Below, piece by piece: positions 9,396-19,349 of a stretch of DNA of 64,000 nucleotides. The stretch is from an uncultured virus (IMG/VR IMGVR_UViG_3300025085_003231). Its lineage: Duplodnaviria > Heunggongvirae > Uroviricota > Caudoviricetes. Location: IMG/VR virus record IMGVR_UViG_3300025085_003231; one strand, 5' to 3'. Below the pieces are notes generated by a model that saw only the letters and a program-made list of their open reading frames with translations, searched no databases and was not told the DNA's origin. Both the position numbers and the translations under genes were made by a program. Each line of letters opens with the position of its first letter. Positions within the stretch are counted from its first letter, which is position 1.

Positions 9396-10055
9396 CTAAC
9401 TTAACAACGACCGAATTACTTTAACGGTGTGATTATTAGCAGAGCCTGGAGTGAATTGCAAGACAAAATTAGCCCCAGAAATTACACCATTAAAACTTCC
9501 TAACGGTGCATCACTAAAGATGGTGCCATATTCTACTACATATCCTGTGGTTCCATCGTGAACGCCCAATAATTCTGAGGTCTGATATTCTCCTGCGGTA
9601 GTGTCTGCTACTTGAATAATGTATTTTACTGAGCGATAACTGCCAAAACCCCACGAATCTATGTTGGAAACTGCGGCTCCCGTAGTGGTTTGAGAACGAG
9701 TGGTGAGATTCATATCATTGATAGACAGACTTCCAGAACCTGTGAGGCTTAAAATGTTGCTGGTGGCATCAAAAGAAAATTCATTTTTGCCGCCGATAGT
9801 ATCTAATGCTGTGGCGTAGGCTACTTGCGTGGGTTGAATAGTCCCTCCGATTGAGCCGCCACCACCTCCGCCTCCAGAAGACTGAATGGTGATGGTATTT
9901 GGGTCACTTCCTGTTAAGGTGATATTAGACCCAGCGACTAAGTTAATTTCTTGGGAGCCATCTAAAGTTGTATCTCCTGCAACAGCACCAGCACCTGCTG
10001 ATAAATTGATTTGAGGCCGCCCTGCAAACCCTGTCCCAGAAAACTTTTCAGCCAT
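9396..10055 (-). CDS. Fibre/spike protein
   Basis: N-terminus like 6787..7479; C-terminal IDSW..YRSVKYIIQ..YQTSELLGVHDGT like 8347..9360. Confidence 0.75.
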   Translation of the reverse strand: MAEKFSGTGFAGRPQINLSAGAGAVAGDTTLDGSQEINLVAGSNITLTGSDPNTITIQSSGGGGGGGSIGGTIQPTQVAYATALDTIGGKNEFSFDATSNILSLTGSGSLSINDMNLTTRSQTTTGAAVSNIDSWGFGSYRSVKYIIQVADTTAGEYQTSELLGVHDGTTGYVVEYGTIFSDAPLGSFNGVISGANFVLQFTPGSANNHTVKVIRSLLS

Positions 10056-10072
10056 AATGGGTCACCATACTA

Positions 10073-11017
10073 TCAGACACCGCCCTCTAAGGCTTGTCGT
10101 CCAGTATCAGTGAATCCTGTTTGTTGCTCAGACCATCCAACGAACACTGCTTGAACATTGCCTGTAAGGGTATCTACACCTGCAACTGCACCAGTGTTGA
10201 TAACACGGAATACAACTTGCTTTTCTACCACCAGTGGAATTTCAAACTTCCATTGGTCGGATTGAGGAACAACTACGCTCCATTGGAAATCGTCCCATTC
10301 AAAAAGTAGTTCTCCGTCTACCCAGATTTGATACCTAACGGTTGATGCGCCATTAGTAGTGGGTTCTGTGTGTCCAAAGCGAGAAACTAAATATAGTTCA
10401 TTCTTACGACCTGCTTCAGTGGCCGTGGAAGTTCCTGTGGTGGTAATTCCTGTGAACAATCCACCGCCGCTACGAGCCCCAGAAGGAGTTCCTACGGAGT
10501 TCGGAGTAAAGACCTGACCACCAACTGAAGTGGATGCGGTAGACGGAAAGGTTGGAACGGTAGAATCGGGAAGAGCGGATGCTGCGGGTGAGCCGCTGAC
10601 CCAACTTTGAGTTCCCAAGACACGAGCATCATTGACATTGATAACCACTGCATCAATATATTCTCCAGCATCTAAAAATCCACCTGCTAATCCTGTGAGA
10701 GAAACCACTTGGCGTTGAATAACATTCGCAGAATTGCTTTTAGGAACCAAATGCCACGGATAATTCTCTGAATTGACATTGTTAGGGTGCAACATCAGAT
10801 TTTCCATAGCGGGGCGAACTGGACGCTTATAGGTTGAAGGGTCAATTCCAACTCGCTGCGGAGAAGTAGCAACCGAAGTTTCGGTGCTGTATGAAGAATA
10901 AGGAACAGGAGTTGAATTAACTGCATCGCCCTTCTGTGAATATCCTGTTTGGAAAGCCTTCTTACGGTAGGCTCGTTTGAGCCCACGGATGTTATCGTTG
11001 GTATCTCCTGACGGCAT
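10073..11017 (-). CDS. Putative virion structural protein with a beta-rich C-terminal domain
   Basis: Alternating beta pattern (VRYQIWVDGE, PLVVEKQVVFRVIN, VQAVFVGW); GGTGAT RBS; promoter at 11052-11058. Confidence 0.55.
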   Translation of the reverse strand: MPSGDTNDNIRGLKRAYRKKAFQTGYSQKGDAVNSTPVPYSSYSTETSVATSPQRVGIDPSTYKRPVRPAMENLMLHPNNVNSENYPWHLVPKSNSANVIQRQVVSLTGLAGGFLDAGEYIDAVVINVNDARVLGTQSWVSGSPAASALPDSTVPTFPSTASTSVGGQVFTPNSVGTPSGARSGGGLFTGITTTGTSTATEAGRKNELYLVSRFGHTEPTTNGASTVRYQIWVDGELLFEWDDFQWSVVVPQSDQWKFEIPLVVEKQVVFRVINTGAVAGVDTLTGNVQAVFVGWSEQQTGFTDTGRQALEGGV

Positions 11018-11031
11018 GAAATCACCTATAA

Positions 11032-11754
11032 TTACTTTTGGTCCTTCCTGTTATTTAAGGTTAAGCCAAGTTTGGGAGCCATTTTTTGTGCTTCCCTTTG
11101 TTCTTTCCAATATTGAGCGGATGTGGCTAAATACCACTCCCAAGAACTGGTGTCTAATCCCCGACTCAATAATAGTTGTCTACGGAACCACTCTACATTA
11201 TCTACACTTACTTCAATACCCAGCGATAGCAATTGTTCACAAATCAAAGCATCAGAACCTGAAAAAGTCCAATATTGAACAAAAACCTGTGCCGCAGGTC
11301 GGGAAAGAGCCCAAGTTCCTGTGGGATATTCATTAAGTATAACATATCTGACATCCCAAGTTTGAAAGGGCCTCACATACACATCAGGTTTCAGCAAATA
11401 ACCATAATTAGAGGTTAAATCTTTAGGAAATGACGATGAATCTCCTGAAACGCCCCAAGATTTGATATTTTCGGGATTCTGATAATAATGTGTGGTGTTG
11501 ATTACTATCTGAACAAAGCCATTGGGTCTCCATTGCTCAATATTTCCCAGAGTTACTACGGGTGCGGCTGAAATTCCTGGGGTGCTTCCAAAATCGTCTA
11601 TCACAACGAAATGGTCTTCTCTCACCATCGCTGTTTCCGTAATATTGTTACCATATCCGCTGGTAAAGATAGAAAATTGGTTCGCAGGATTGGGTAGATT
11701 ACTTCCATCTGCCGCAGGAATTAGTTCCCACAAGTATATTTGTTTGCGAATCAT
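11032..11754 (-). CDS. Minor capsid-like paralog
   Basis: RKQIYLW, IFTSGYGNNITE, INTTHYYQNPE, PDVYVRPFQTW and GSDALI match 27858/28553; TGATG coupling. Confidence 0.7.
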   Translation of the reverse strand: MIRKQIYLWELIPAADGSNLPNPANQFSIFTSGYGNNITETAMVREDHFVVIDDFGSTPGISAAPVVTLGNIEQWRPNGFVQIVINTTHYYQNPENIKSWGVSGDSSSFPKDLTSNYGYLLKPDVYVRPFQTWDVRYVILNEYPTGTWALSRPAAQVFVQYWTFSGSDALICEQLLSLGIEVSVDNVEWFRRQLLLSRGLDTSSWEWYLATSAQYWKEQREAQKMAPKLGLTLNNRKDQK

Positions 11755-12524
11755 CAACTTAACCTCCTTGGAACTTCTTCTAAAGCCTGTTCGTATTCGT
11801 TTCTTTCAGAAATATCAGCCATCAATTTGTTGCGAATTATCATTCTTTTGTGCGCCTGAACTGTCTTGACATTAACAGGGATGTTCTGAGACATTAAAAA
11901 ATTGGCTATCAGTGCATCAGAACCATCAAATAAAACATACTCCAGATAAACACGAGGAATCCAAATATCTCCATCCTCGTCGTCAATGGCGGTGGTGACG
12001 GAATAATCCCAACTTCGGGTAGTTACACCAGAAGTTTGCCTATCATATGCTACTTGAGTCTGTTGCAATTGATTGATTGAATAATATACACCCCAAGTTT
12101 GGCCTGGGATTACATACATTGGAGTATCACTGAGATAAAAAGATGGGCTAATTGATTGAGGCCCATAGCGTAATCCTGGGGACGGGCCATAGGGTGAAGC
12201 ATTACCTGAAATTCCAGGGCCTACTACATTATCAGGCTGTTGAAAATACTGGGTGGTTTCTACCCAAATATTAGCACTGGCAGGAGGAGGCCATAATGAG
12301 AGTTCATCAATAACAATAAATTGAGTCGCTTTAACATAGCCAGGAATGTCTAAATTATTGCCCAATCCTCCGACAAAAATGTCTACTTGGGCATTAGCAT
12401 TAGTTCCCCACGCAGGAATCGCAGGAGATAAAGTCAAAATTGGGTCTTGGTTAAGAACATATGGTGTCGGGTAGGTAGTAGAGGGAATCAAACCTCTCCA
12501 CTCATAAGCCTGACGACGCATCAT
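11754..12524 (-). CDS. Minor capsid-like paralog
   Basis: RRQAYEW, IFVGGLGNN, TQYFQQPD, YVIPGQTW, FDGSDALIAN; promoter at 12547-12553. Confidence 0.7.
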   Translation of the reverse strand: MMRRQAYEWRGLIPSTTYPTPYVLNQDPILTLSPAIPAWGTNANAQVDIFVGGLGNNLDIPGYVKATQFIVIDELSLWPPPASANIWVETTQYFQQPDNVVGPGISGNASPYGPSPGLRYGPQSISPSFYLSDTPMYVIPGQTWGVYYSINQLQQTQVAYDRQTSGVTTRSWDYSVTTAIDDEDGDIWIPRVYLEYVLFDGSDALIANFLMSQNIPVNVKTVQAHKRMIIRNKLMADISERNEYEQALEEVPRRLS

Positions 12525-12562
12525 ACAATATAATAACCCTTGTTGCTATTTGAACCTTCGGT

Positions 12563-13090
12563 TCAATAGACGGTCTTTTGAATTTCAAGTTCGCCAATAA
12601 GTGTTACTTTGACACGAACCGTAGCCACATCTGTTCCTGCACTGACCATATCGTGTGCAGCAATAGCGGCGTTATTGGAAACAGAAACTTGTAGCGGTTG
12701 CTGGAACAGCACCAAAACAGGGCTGGTAAAAGCAATATATCGTTGGTTTGCAGCACCTGGCATTACCAATCGCTGGATAGAAATGTCGTTAGTTGGAATG
12801 CGGTTGCCTCCGACCAGAATTTCCACATCAAAATCTGTGAAAGTTCCAAATGGAGCGGTGTTAGGAGCGACATAATTGTAATAGTAAGGATTAGTTACGG
12901 TTTCTACCTTGAGTTGGTTGCCCGCAGCATCAAGAGGGACAATGTCAATTGCGAAACCATGAATCCTAACATCTTCGTTGTTAGCCTGATTGGTATAAAT
13001 TGTGGCAATATTTGATGTCCCATTAGTAGCAGGGACAGAAAAATCGTGATTTGTAGTCAGAATTTTTGGTTCAGGGTCTTGATTTGCCAT
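12563..13090 (-). CDS. Beta-rich penton/vertex-like protein, paralog A
   Basis: MANQDP..HDFSV..TNQANNEDVR..PVLVLFQQPL shared with the next gene. Confidence 0.55.
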   Translation of the reverse strand: MANQDPEPKILTTNHDFSVPATNGTSNIATIYTNQANNEDVRIHGFAIDIVPLDAAGNQLKVETVTNPYYYNYVAPNTAPFGTFTDFDVEILVGGNRIPTNDISIQRLVMPGAANQRYIAFTSPVLVLFQQPLQVSVSNNAAIAAHDMVSAGTDVATVRVKVTLIGELEIQKTVY

Positions 13091-13103
13091 ATTTTATCCC
13101 TCC

Positions 13104-13592
13104 TCAAGCAACACGACGGGCCGCAATCTTCTGAATAGAAAGTTCGGAGATAAGAGAAATCTTGGCACGAATCGTAGATACTGTGGTTCCGTTGTAAGAA
13201 AATACTCCGACACCTGAGTTAGCCGTGAGGTTAATCTTGAGAGGTTGTTGGAAAAGCACAATCACTGGAACTGTGAAACTCATGGTCTGGTCTTGTTGTC
13301 CGTAAATCCAGGCAATATCAAAAGCATTGGATGGAATGTTGTTCGGTCCAACACTCAAAGCCATGGTAAAATCTGTGGGCATAGTGAATTTCGGGTCAGT
13401 TGTGCTGGTAATTTGGTTTCCTGCTCCATCAATCAAAGCAAAATCAACTGCCACTGCATAAACACGAACTTCTTCGTTATTTGCTTGGTTGGTGAAAATA
13501 GAGACAGCACTCTGCGTTCCACTTGCTAATGGGGCCACACTGAAATCGTGGACGGTGGTATAGACTTCTGGCTGCGGGTCTTGATTTGCCAT
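13104..13592 (-). CDS. Beta-rich penton/vertex-like protein, paralog B
   Basis: Tandem paralog; GGAGAT RBS; promoter at 13630-13636. Confidence 0.55.
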   Translation of the reverse strand: MANQDPQPEVYTTVHDFSVAPLASGTQSAVSIFTNQANNEEVRVYAVAVDFALIDGAGNQITSTTDPKFTMPTDFTMALSVGPNNIPSNAFDIAWIYGQQDQTMSFTVPVIVLFQQPLKINLTANSGVGVFSYNGTTVSTIRAKISLISELSIQKIAARRVA

Positions 13593-13633
13593 ATTGGTTA
13601 ATCTCCTATGTCAGATTGGTTCTTCTTGCTATT

Positions 13634-13879
13634 TCAATCTATCGCTTCAAATCGGGCTTTAGCCCTCCACCACAGCCACGACCACCTCAATAATAGAATA
13701 CCTACCAGTAAATCAATGATAAAAAACCAAGCACCGTAACTTTCCAGGTGTTTTGACATAGTTACTAAGACCTCATCTGGAGGAACCATGCCGTCTTTTA
13801 GAATAACTGTGACCCAAATCATGGCTCCCAAAAAGGCTAACCAGAAGGTAAAAAACAATTCTTTCCAGACTTTATCCAT
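13634..13879 (-). CDS. Small membrane protein (2 TM)
   Basis: Two long hydrophobic segments. Confidence 0.7.
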   Translation of the reverse strand: MDKVWKELFFTFWLAFLGAMIWVTVILKDGMVPPDEVLVTMSKHLESYGAWFFIIDLLVGILLLRWSWLWWRAKARFEAID

Positions 13880-13895
13880 AATATCTCTTCACTTG

Positions 13896-14381
13896 TCAAT
13901 CTCTAAATAATTCTGATTCGTCAGCAACTTTGGGGGCGGGTGCTACATCTACTTCAGGAGGGGTAATGCCCTCTTCAATAGCCCTGACATCTACATATTT
14001 TCTGGCAAATCCATATAGTTTCGGAGCCAAATCTTGTAATTCTTCATCCATGGAACGGCCATCTTTTGAGGCTTCCTGACGAATCAAACCATCTAATGAT
14101 GAAATGGTATTCATGGTGCGATAAAAATTGGGTGTGAATACTGCCCGATAGGTTTTGCTAATTCTATCCGTTTGTCGCTGCGCCTGAATTGCTAACAATA
14201 CTGCGCCTAAATTGGTAGCCGTAATGAATCCTAACAACTGCCAAGTCCACCAATCTGTGGGTTTCACTACCAATGAAAATGTTTGAATTATAATTTCTAC
14301 CATCACTAATACCCCAATCATAAATCGGGTAGACAAAATATCATTAGATACTAATTCATTAAATTGGTCGTTATTCTTCAT
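13896..14381 (-). CDS. Membrane protein (2 N-terminal TM plus helical tail)
   Basis: FMIGVLVMVEIIIQ and LLGFITATNLGAVLLAI. Confidence 0.7.
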   Translation of the reverse strand: MKNNDQFNELVSNDILSTRFMIGVLVMVEIIIQTFSLVVKPTDWWTWQLLGFITATNLGAVLLAIQAQRQTDRISKTYRAVFTPNFYRTMNTISSLDGLIRQEASKDGRSMDEELQDLAPKLYGFARKYVDVRAIEEGITPPEVDVAPAPKVADESELFRD

Positions 14382-14874
14382 ATGCAGGTCTCCTGAAAAC
14401 TATATACATGATGTCGTTAGTTGGTGCGTATCCATCTTTTTCGTATCCGTGTTCCACCACAGAAGCGACACATTTTTTCTCCCAACGGCGTTCTTTGTCT
14501 ATGGCAAAAATATCGGCTCGGAAAATACCTTGGTTGCTTAACATAATGAAGTCTGAAATAGTGTAGATGGGTATTAAATTAGTTTCATAGTCTACATATT
14601 CTACCTCGTGAGATACAATATTTACTTCCATTTCTGCTAATTTTCTTTCAAAAAAATCTTCACCTAATTGTCTTTTAACTGCCTCGGCTACACCAAAACC
14701 TGTGTGCAAGTTCTCTTCAATAACTTTCCATTCTCTTTCAGCCAATGTGTCCCAATGGCGTGAATTGGAATCATATTCTCTTCCGATGGTTTGACGATAG
14801 GCTTGCAAGTATTGGATTTTACGAGTAATTAAATACTCGGTCCAAACCTCATCTTCAGGGGGATTGGACTCCAT
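14371..14874 (-). CDS. Hypothetical protein
   Basis: 167 aa; promoter variant at 14897-14903. Confidence 0.7.
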   Translation of the reverse strand: MESNPPEDEVWTEYLITRKIQYLQAYRQTIGREYDSNSRHWDTLAEREWKVIEENLHTGFGVAEAVKRQLGEDFFERKLAEMEVNIVSHEVEYVDYETNLIPIYTISDFIMLSNQGIFRADIFAIDKERRWEKKCVASVVEHGYEKDGYAPTNDIMYIVFRRPAYEE

Positions 14875-14907
14875 AAGGTTATTGAGGTCTGCTACCTATA
14901 TCAACCT

Positions 14908-16053
14908 TCACTCGTATTCTCTCAGGACTTTTCCTCGGGCTTCACGGGGTTTTCCACCATTAGTCCAACCTGTATGTTCTACTGTGAGTGGGGCTCGTCG
15001 GGCTACGATAGCATCTCTTTCCGCCCACAATCTATAATTATATTCACGAGTTCCATTCATAGCCACATTAAATCGTTCTCCTGCTTCGTTTTCACAAATC
15101 CAAATTGGAGTTCCTGCCGCAGTTCCCTGCCCCTCAGTATATCCTACAATTGGAAATTCAGTATCTTCATAACGCTTGACCTTCATTAAGTCTGATGACT
15201 TACCATTGAGTTTATAGACAGAATTTAGGTTGCGAACCATGCCGCCCTCATAACCCTCTTCTACAAACTGGTCGGTATAGGTTTCCACATCTTCATAATT
15301 ATTGATTGGGTAATTTTCTACAAAACGAACCCGAGTGCGTCTGGACGCAGGAACTTGATTAAGAATACGAACCATCAAGCGATACCGATTAGCAAAAGTC
15401 ATATCCAGATTGTCCAAATCTATCAAATCATAGACTCGTAATTTCATGTATTGCAATGCTTGAATATCACTTTCGGATAAATTTTCTGGGTTTTTACGGA
15501 CTAATCCGCTGGCTCTTTCAAATTCCACATCATCAGGTTCCGCATATAATTCACCGTCCAAAATAATGTTGCTGGGCAAATTAAGATTCATAATGTCTTC
15601 TCGGATAGCGTTCATTCCTGGGAATAGTTTATTCTTTCTTGACATTAGAATTACTTGTCCAACAGTAGGCGTAGAGGCCAAACATCTAACGCCATCAAAT
15701 TTTCTTTGTATGGCGGCGGGGAATTGGGTCCAGCGTCGGCCACCTACGGAAAACTTTTTTGCCAACATGGGAAGCACCACAGTTTGATTTCGGGCTCCTG
15801 CCATAGAGACCACATATCCTCGGTCCATTTTCTTGAGCCATTCTGAACGAGCCTCTAACTCAGCCTGTTCTAAAACGGTGCGTCCTTGATTACCTGCTGC
15901 TATGATGGTAGGGACTCCTGTAATTATGGTTCCTCCTACTTGTCCATAACGAGTGTTAATTGAGTAAGTTGAATCGCCATTAGAAGTAACTGAGATAGTC
16001 CATTCTCGCAAATTATTGTTGGAGTCGGTCTTGTATAGCGTGTCAAAAGGCAT
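14908..16053 (-). CDS. lig: ATP-dependent DNA ligase (viral type, WGR-like N-terminus)
   Basis: PMLAK, motif I KFDG, ILDGELY, VYDL, EGYEGGMVR, LMKVK and an OB domain. Start at ATG 16053 by promoter spacing (16076-16082). Confidence 0.93.
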   Translation of the reverse strand: MPFDTLYKTDSNNNLREWTISVTSNGDSTYSINTRYGQVGGTIITGVPTIIAAGNQGRTVLEQAELEARSEWLKKMDRGYVVSMAGARNQTVVLPMLAKKFSVGGRRWTQFPAAIQRKFDGVRCLASTPTVGQVILMSRKNKLFPGMNAIREDIMNLNLPSNIILDGELYAEPDDVEFERASGLVRKNPENLSESDIQALQYMKLRVYDLIDLDNLDMTFANRYRLMVRILNQVPASRRTRVRFVENYPINNYEDVETYTDQFVEEGYEGGMVRNLNSVYKLNGKSSDLMKVKRYEDTEFPIVGYTEGQGTAAGTPIWICENEAGERFNVAMNGTREYNYRLWAERDAIVARRAPLTVEHTGWTNGGKPREARGKVLREYE

Positions 16054-16083
16054 AGTTATCTCTCCGTGTGTCACCTATTTAAC

Positions 16084-16446
16084 TTATTCACCTAACTTCC
16101 AAAATTTGAGTGCCTTCATGCGTTGCCACCAAGAAGATTCATAACCGAATTTTCGGTGCGACTGGCGCAAATCATCCAATACCAATTCAGAAATAACATT
16201 TCCTAAGACTGTGGCTAAAACTCCGACAATAACACCACCCAGAATAAATCCTGTTAAAAATTCTTTCTTGTCTTGAACCACTTTGACAGGAACTGTTTCG
16301 GGTTCAGCCTCAGTGGTTTCCGAGCGAAATTGGGTTCTAACTGCCCGATGAGAGTCACCATCAAAAACAATTACAAAACCTTGAGACTCTAAACGATTCC
16401 TAAGTCGGGAATCCTGTGCTTGTTGAGGGGTAAGAGGAATACTCAA
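16084..16446 (-). CDS. Small membrane protein
   Basis: FLTGFILGGVIVGVLATVLG; FRSE motif. Confidence 0.65.
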   Translation of the reverse strand: MSIPLTPQQAQDSRLRNRLESQGFVIVFDGDSHRAVRTQFRSETTEAEPETVPVKVVQDKKEFLTGFILGGVIVGVLATVLGNVISELVLDDLRQSHRKFGYESSWWQRMKALKFWKLGE

Positions 16447-16727
16447 GCCACATCACCAGCCTCATCACCATTGGCAGATTCCACTAAGAAATAACTGATA
16501 ACCAAGATAGGGAGGCTAAATAAAATCATGTCGTGAGTTTCTAATTGCTTAAGAGGATTTCCATGGGCTTTGTAAGTTTTACCCAGATTTCCCAATGTTG
16601 ATAAAAAGAATGCTAACGAACCTACGGCACCCAGCATGACTCCACGCCATGCTTTACGAGCCACATTGATTTCTACTTCTTTCTGAGCATCTACTCGGTC
16701 AGAAATTTCAGCCTTATCGGAATCCAT
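16443..16727 (-). CDS. Small membrane protein (2 TM)
   Basis: Two hydrophobic segments. Confidence 0.7.
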   Translation of the reverse strand: MDSDKAEISDRVDAQKEVEINVARKAWRGVMLGAVGSLAFFLSTLGNLGKTYKAHGNPLKQLETHDMILFSLPILVISYFLVESANGDEAGDVA

Positions 16728-16733
16728 TTACTT

Positions 16734-17324
16734 TCACCGACTTTTTTTAATCAATAGTGTTGCTCCGACTAATACCGCAGCACCCAGAGCGAATTTGTGT
16801 GCTGAAATAGTTGAATCTCCTGTGTCTTCTGCATTAAACCAACCGAAATATTTGTTATACCATGCTTCGGAACCAGCATTATTGGCATCAGTAGGTGCAG
16901 TGGTTACTGTGTTGCTGGATTCTGGGTCAGAGGTTCGGCATCCCAGTGTCGGCCACAAAGGATTGCAAACACGAGAATTATACATTTTACGAGAATAACT
17001 TCCTGGTGCGACATTGGTAATGTAATTCCAATCTTGAGGGTCTGCACCACCAGAGGGCATAATACCAAAAATTCCTGCCAGCCCACTCATAGTCCACGGC
17101 ATACCAGCAGCCCCATAGGGTTGATACGCATTACCTTGGTCATCAAGGGTGGTGTAGTTGATTTGCCATGCTGTTCCAGCGGCTGTGGTGGCTCCTTTGG
17201 AAAGTGGATTACCTGCGGAATCATAGCCAATAATTTCTTCTTTAGCACCCGTGGTGGGGTTAGTAGTATAACAACGGCGAGAATATAGGTCGCCAGGGTC
17301 GCAGGAGATGTTGTAACCAGTCAT
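16734..17324 (-). CDS. Gly/Thr/Cys-containing protein with a C-terminal membrane anchor
   Basis: WFNAE, then FALGAAVLVGATLLIKKSR; promoter at 17347-17353. Confidence 0.7.
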   Translation of the reverse strand: MTGYNISCDPGDLYSRRCYTTNPTTGAKEEIIGYDSAGNPLSKGATTAAGTAWQINYTTLDDQGNAYQPYGAAGMPWTMSGLAGIFGIMPSGGADPQDWNYITNVAPGSYSRKMYNSRVCNPLWPTLGCRTSDPESSNTVTTAPTDANNAGSEAWYNKYFGWFNAEDTGDSTISAHKFALGAAVLVGATLLIKKSR

Positions 17325-17356
17325 ACAGATACATTCTCTGCACTGTTATTTAAGGA

Positions 17357-18313
17357 TTACGCCTTGCGACTAAACCACCATGCAGCACCAATCGCTAATG
17401 ATGCGGCAATAACAGCAGCGGTTTGCTTGTTAAATCGGGATTCTGTGGAACCTTCTTCCATAGAATCTACCATTGATTGAGCATCCATCGTCATTTCTGG
17501 GAAATCCTCACGGTCGTAATAACCGTCATAGTCTTGTTCATCAACACGAGTCTGAAATTCTGCGATTGCATCAACCACATCTTCAGAAAAACTGTATGGG
17601 AAAGCAATTTCAAATTCTCCATTAGTGGATTCAGAAATAACCACCAGTCCGTTTCGGATGTCATCATCCAGCACATCGGAAAGATAGTTCTTAATTGGTT
17701 CATCAACCACAAATACTTCTCGTCCGTCGGAATCTTCATAGACATTTTGCACAGATTCTGTGACTTCGGAAAACTCGGCTTCCATTTCTTCGTCTCGGAG
17801 CCCTTCTTCCATAGGAATAGCGACTTCTTCGGGTGAATTGGTGTTAATGGCTCGCTTAAGTCGGCTCAGAGCGGAACCACCTTCTGCACGACCAGCCCAG
17901 ACATAATCATGAGCAGGAAGAGAAGGAGCAGCGTCAGTAGCAGAAACAATTTCTCCGCCAGTGTGTTGTCCAATAATTCTACCATCGCCTACTGGGTCAG
18001 TAGATGGCTCAGGAACTAAAAGTTCTGCGCCCGATTCAGATGGTTCAGAGGCTTCAGCCGCAAAAGCCGAAGGAGTTGCTTCTTCAGCAGCATAAACTGG
18101 GAGAGTTTTTCCCAATTGTTCACAAATAGTAGCAGCATCTTGGGCTCCAATTAGACTCTGACATTTGTGTTCTTTGCCAGTTTCTGGGTTGTTGTAGTAG
18201 CCAATAACTTGATAACGACTGCCTCCACCCTTGGTTTTGGTAGCAATAATATCATGAACCTCACACATAACTTTCTTTTTGAGTCCTGTGGAGTAAATTT
18301 CTCTGCTGACCAT
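17357..18313 (-). CDS. AE-motif polyprotein: Cren7-like N-module, acidic modules, C-terminal TM
   Basis: YAAE, FAAE, GRAE, MEAE; AAVIAASLAIGAAWWFSRKA; promoter at 18336-18342. Confidence 0.65.
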   Translation of the reverse strand: MVSREIYSTGLKKKVMCEVHDIIATKTKGGGSRYQVIGYYNNPETGKEHKCQSLIGAQDAATICEQLGKTLPVYAAEEATPSAFAAEASEPSESGAELLVPEPSTDPVGDGRIIGQHTGGEIVSATDAAPSLPAHDYVWAGRAEGGSALSRLKRAINTNSPEEVAIPMEEGLRDEEMEAEFSEVTESVQNVYEDSDGREVFVVDEPIKNYLSDVLDDDIRNGLVVISESTNGEFEIAFPYSFSEDVVDAIAEFQTRVDEQDYDGYYDREDFPEMTMDAQSMVDSMEEGSTESRFNKQTAAVIAASLAIGAAWWFSRKA

Positions 18314-18350
18314 ACTTACACTTCCGTATTCCGACTATTTAGGTGTTTGC

Positions 18351-18899
18351 TCAAAATCCAAATGTGTCACGCTGGAAGGACGCTCGTGTTCCCAAAGGCT
18401 CTTGACCGAAGGCAGTAGAATAAATTCCTGTGGTATTTGCATTAGGAGATGCTTCAGCATTCAGGAAAAAGGTAGTCATCCCTCCGTTGCTTTCTGCACC
18501 ATATTTTTCTTGCATTTCTTCTGAGGAGTTTCCTTCTTCGGCTTCCAAGACTTCTGATTCCAGACGGTCCATTTCGGCTTCAGCAACTTCAATAACTTGC
18601 TCATATTTTTCTTCATCTGCGGCGGCTTGTAGGCCACGGAATAATCCTCCGAGTCCAAAACCAAGAGGGAACAGACCCATTAAAGAAAAGACTAATGGAC
18701 GATAATTGTATTCTCCATCTTCGGAAAGTAGTTCTCCATTTTGGAACCACTTATCAAAACCCCAAAGAGTCAAAGAACCCATTCCTAACAAGAGAGGGAA
18801 TCCAACCATTGAATCGCGCAATTGGTCTCTGAGGGGTGTAGCGGTTGGAACTTCTTCCTCGCCTTCAAAAATATTGGAGCGGAGTTGAGCAAAGTCCAT
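18351..18899 (-). CDS. Membrane protein with an acidic AE-motif tail
   Basis: 2 TM, then LEAE, YGAE, LNAE; promoter at 18933-18939 with GAGGT RBS. Confidence 0.7.
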   Translation of the reverse strand: MDFAQLRSNIFEGEEEVPTATPLRDQLRDSMVGFPLLLGMGSLTLWGFDKWFQNGELLSEDGEYNYRPLVFSLMGLFPLGFGLGGLFRGLQAAADEEKYEQVIEVAEAEMDRLESEVLEAEEGNSSEEMQEKYGAESNGGMTTFFLNAEASPNANTTGIYSTAFGQEPLGTRASFQRDTFGF

Positions 18900-18957
18900 A
18901 ATTATACCTCATTATTACTTGGTGCGTTTTGTTATTTAAGTTCTCGGTCACCAAACC

Positions 18958-18975
18958 TTTGATTCGTAAATCAAA
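18958..18975 (-). terminator. Intergenic hairpin (7 bp stem, TACG loop)
   Basis: TTTGATT-TACG-AATCAAA between a stop and the next promoter. Confidence 0.3.
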
Positions 18976-18988
18976 TTACTGGATAACA

Positions 18989-19348
18989 TCAGTTTGCACC
19001 AACCGCAGCACCAGTATAGTTCTGTCCGAAACTCGGTGTTGTGGCTGCCATACTCAAAGTATAGGCTGAGAGGTCAGGTCCATAAGCGATTTTACCATAA
19101 GGTGTGGAATTGCTAAGGTTGTATGTTTGTCCAACCATTCGTCCTGCCATGATTCCTCGTTCGGTAGAAACCTTTTGAATCTCTCCGTAATTATTGACAA
19201 TTTCTTGCCCTGTGTTTTCGTTGATGAGAACTTCAGTTTCAGAGTTAAAAGATTCTTTTGCCATACGAAATCCATAATTAAATACCAGAGCAAGAACTCC
19301 TGCTCCAGCCATCACCATTATAGTTTCTTTAGGATTCAAAAAATCCAC
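18989..19348 (-). CDS. N-terminally anchored membrane protein (start uncertain)
   Basis: VMAGAGVLALVF TM, then ESFNSE; the ORF-track extension overlaps the upstream gene. Confidence 0.6.
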   Translation of the reverse strand: MDFLNPKETIMVMAGAGVLALVFNYGFRMAKESFNSETEVLINENTGQEIVNNYGEIQKVSTERGIMAGRMVGQTYNLSNSTPYGKIAYGPDLSAYTLSMAATTPSFGQNYTGAAVGAN

Positions 19349-19349
19349 C

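Noticed and set aside
6956..9424. Long + strand ORFs opposite the fibre genes, and similar antisense ORFs throughout
   Set aside because: Shadow frames of Gly/Thr/Ala-rich genes, with no promoter motif or RBS
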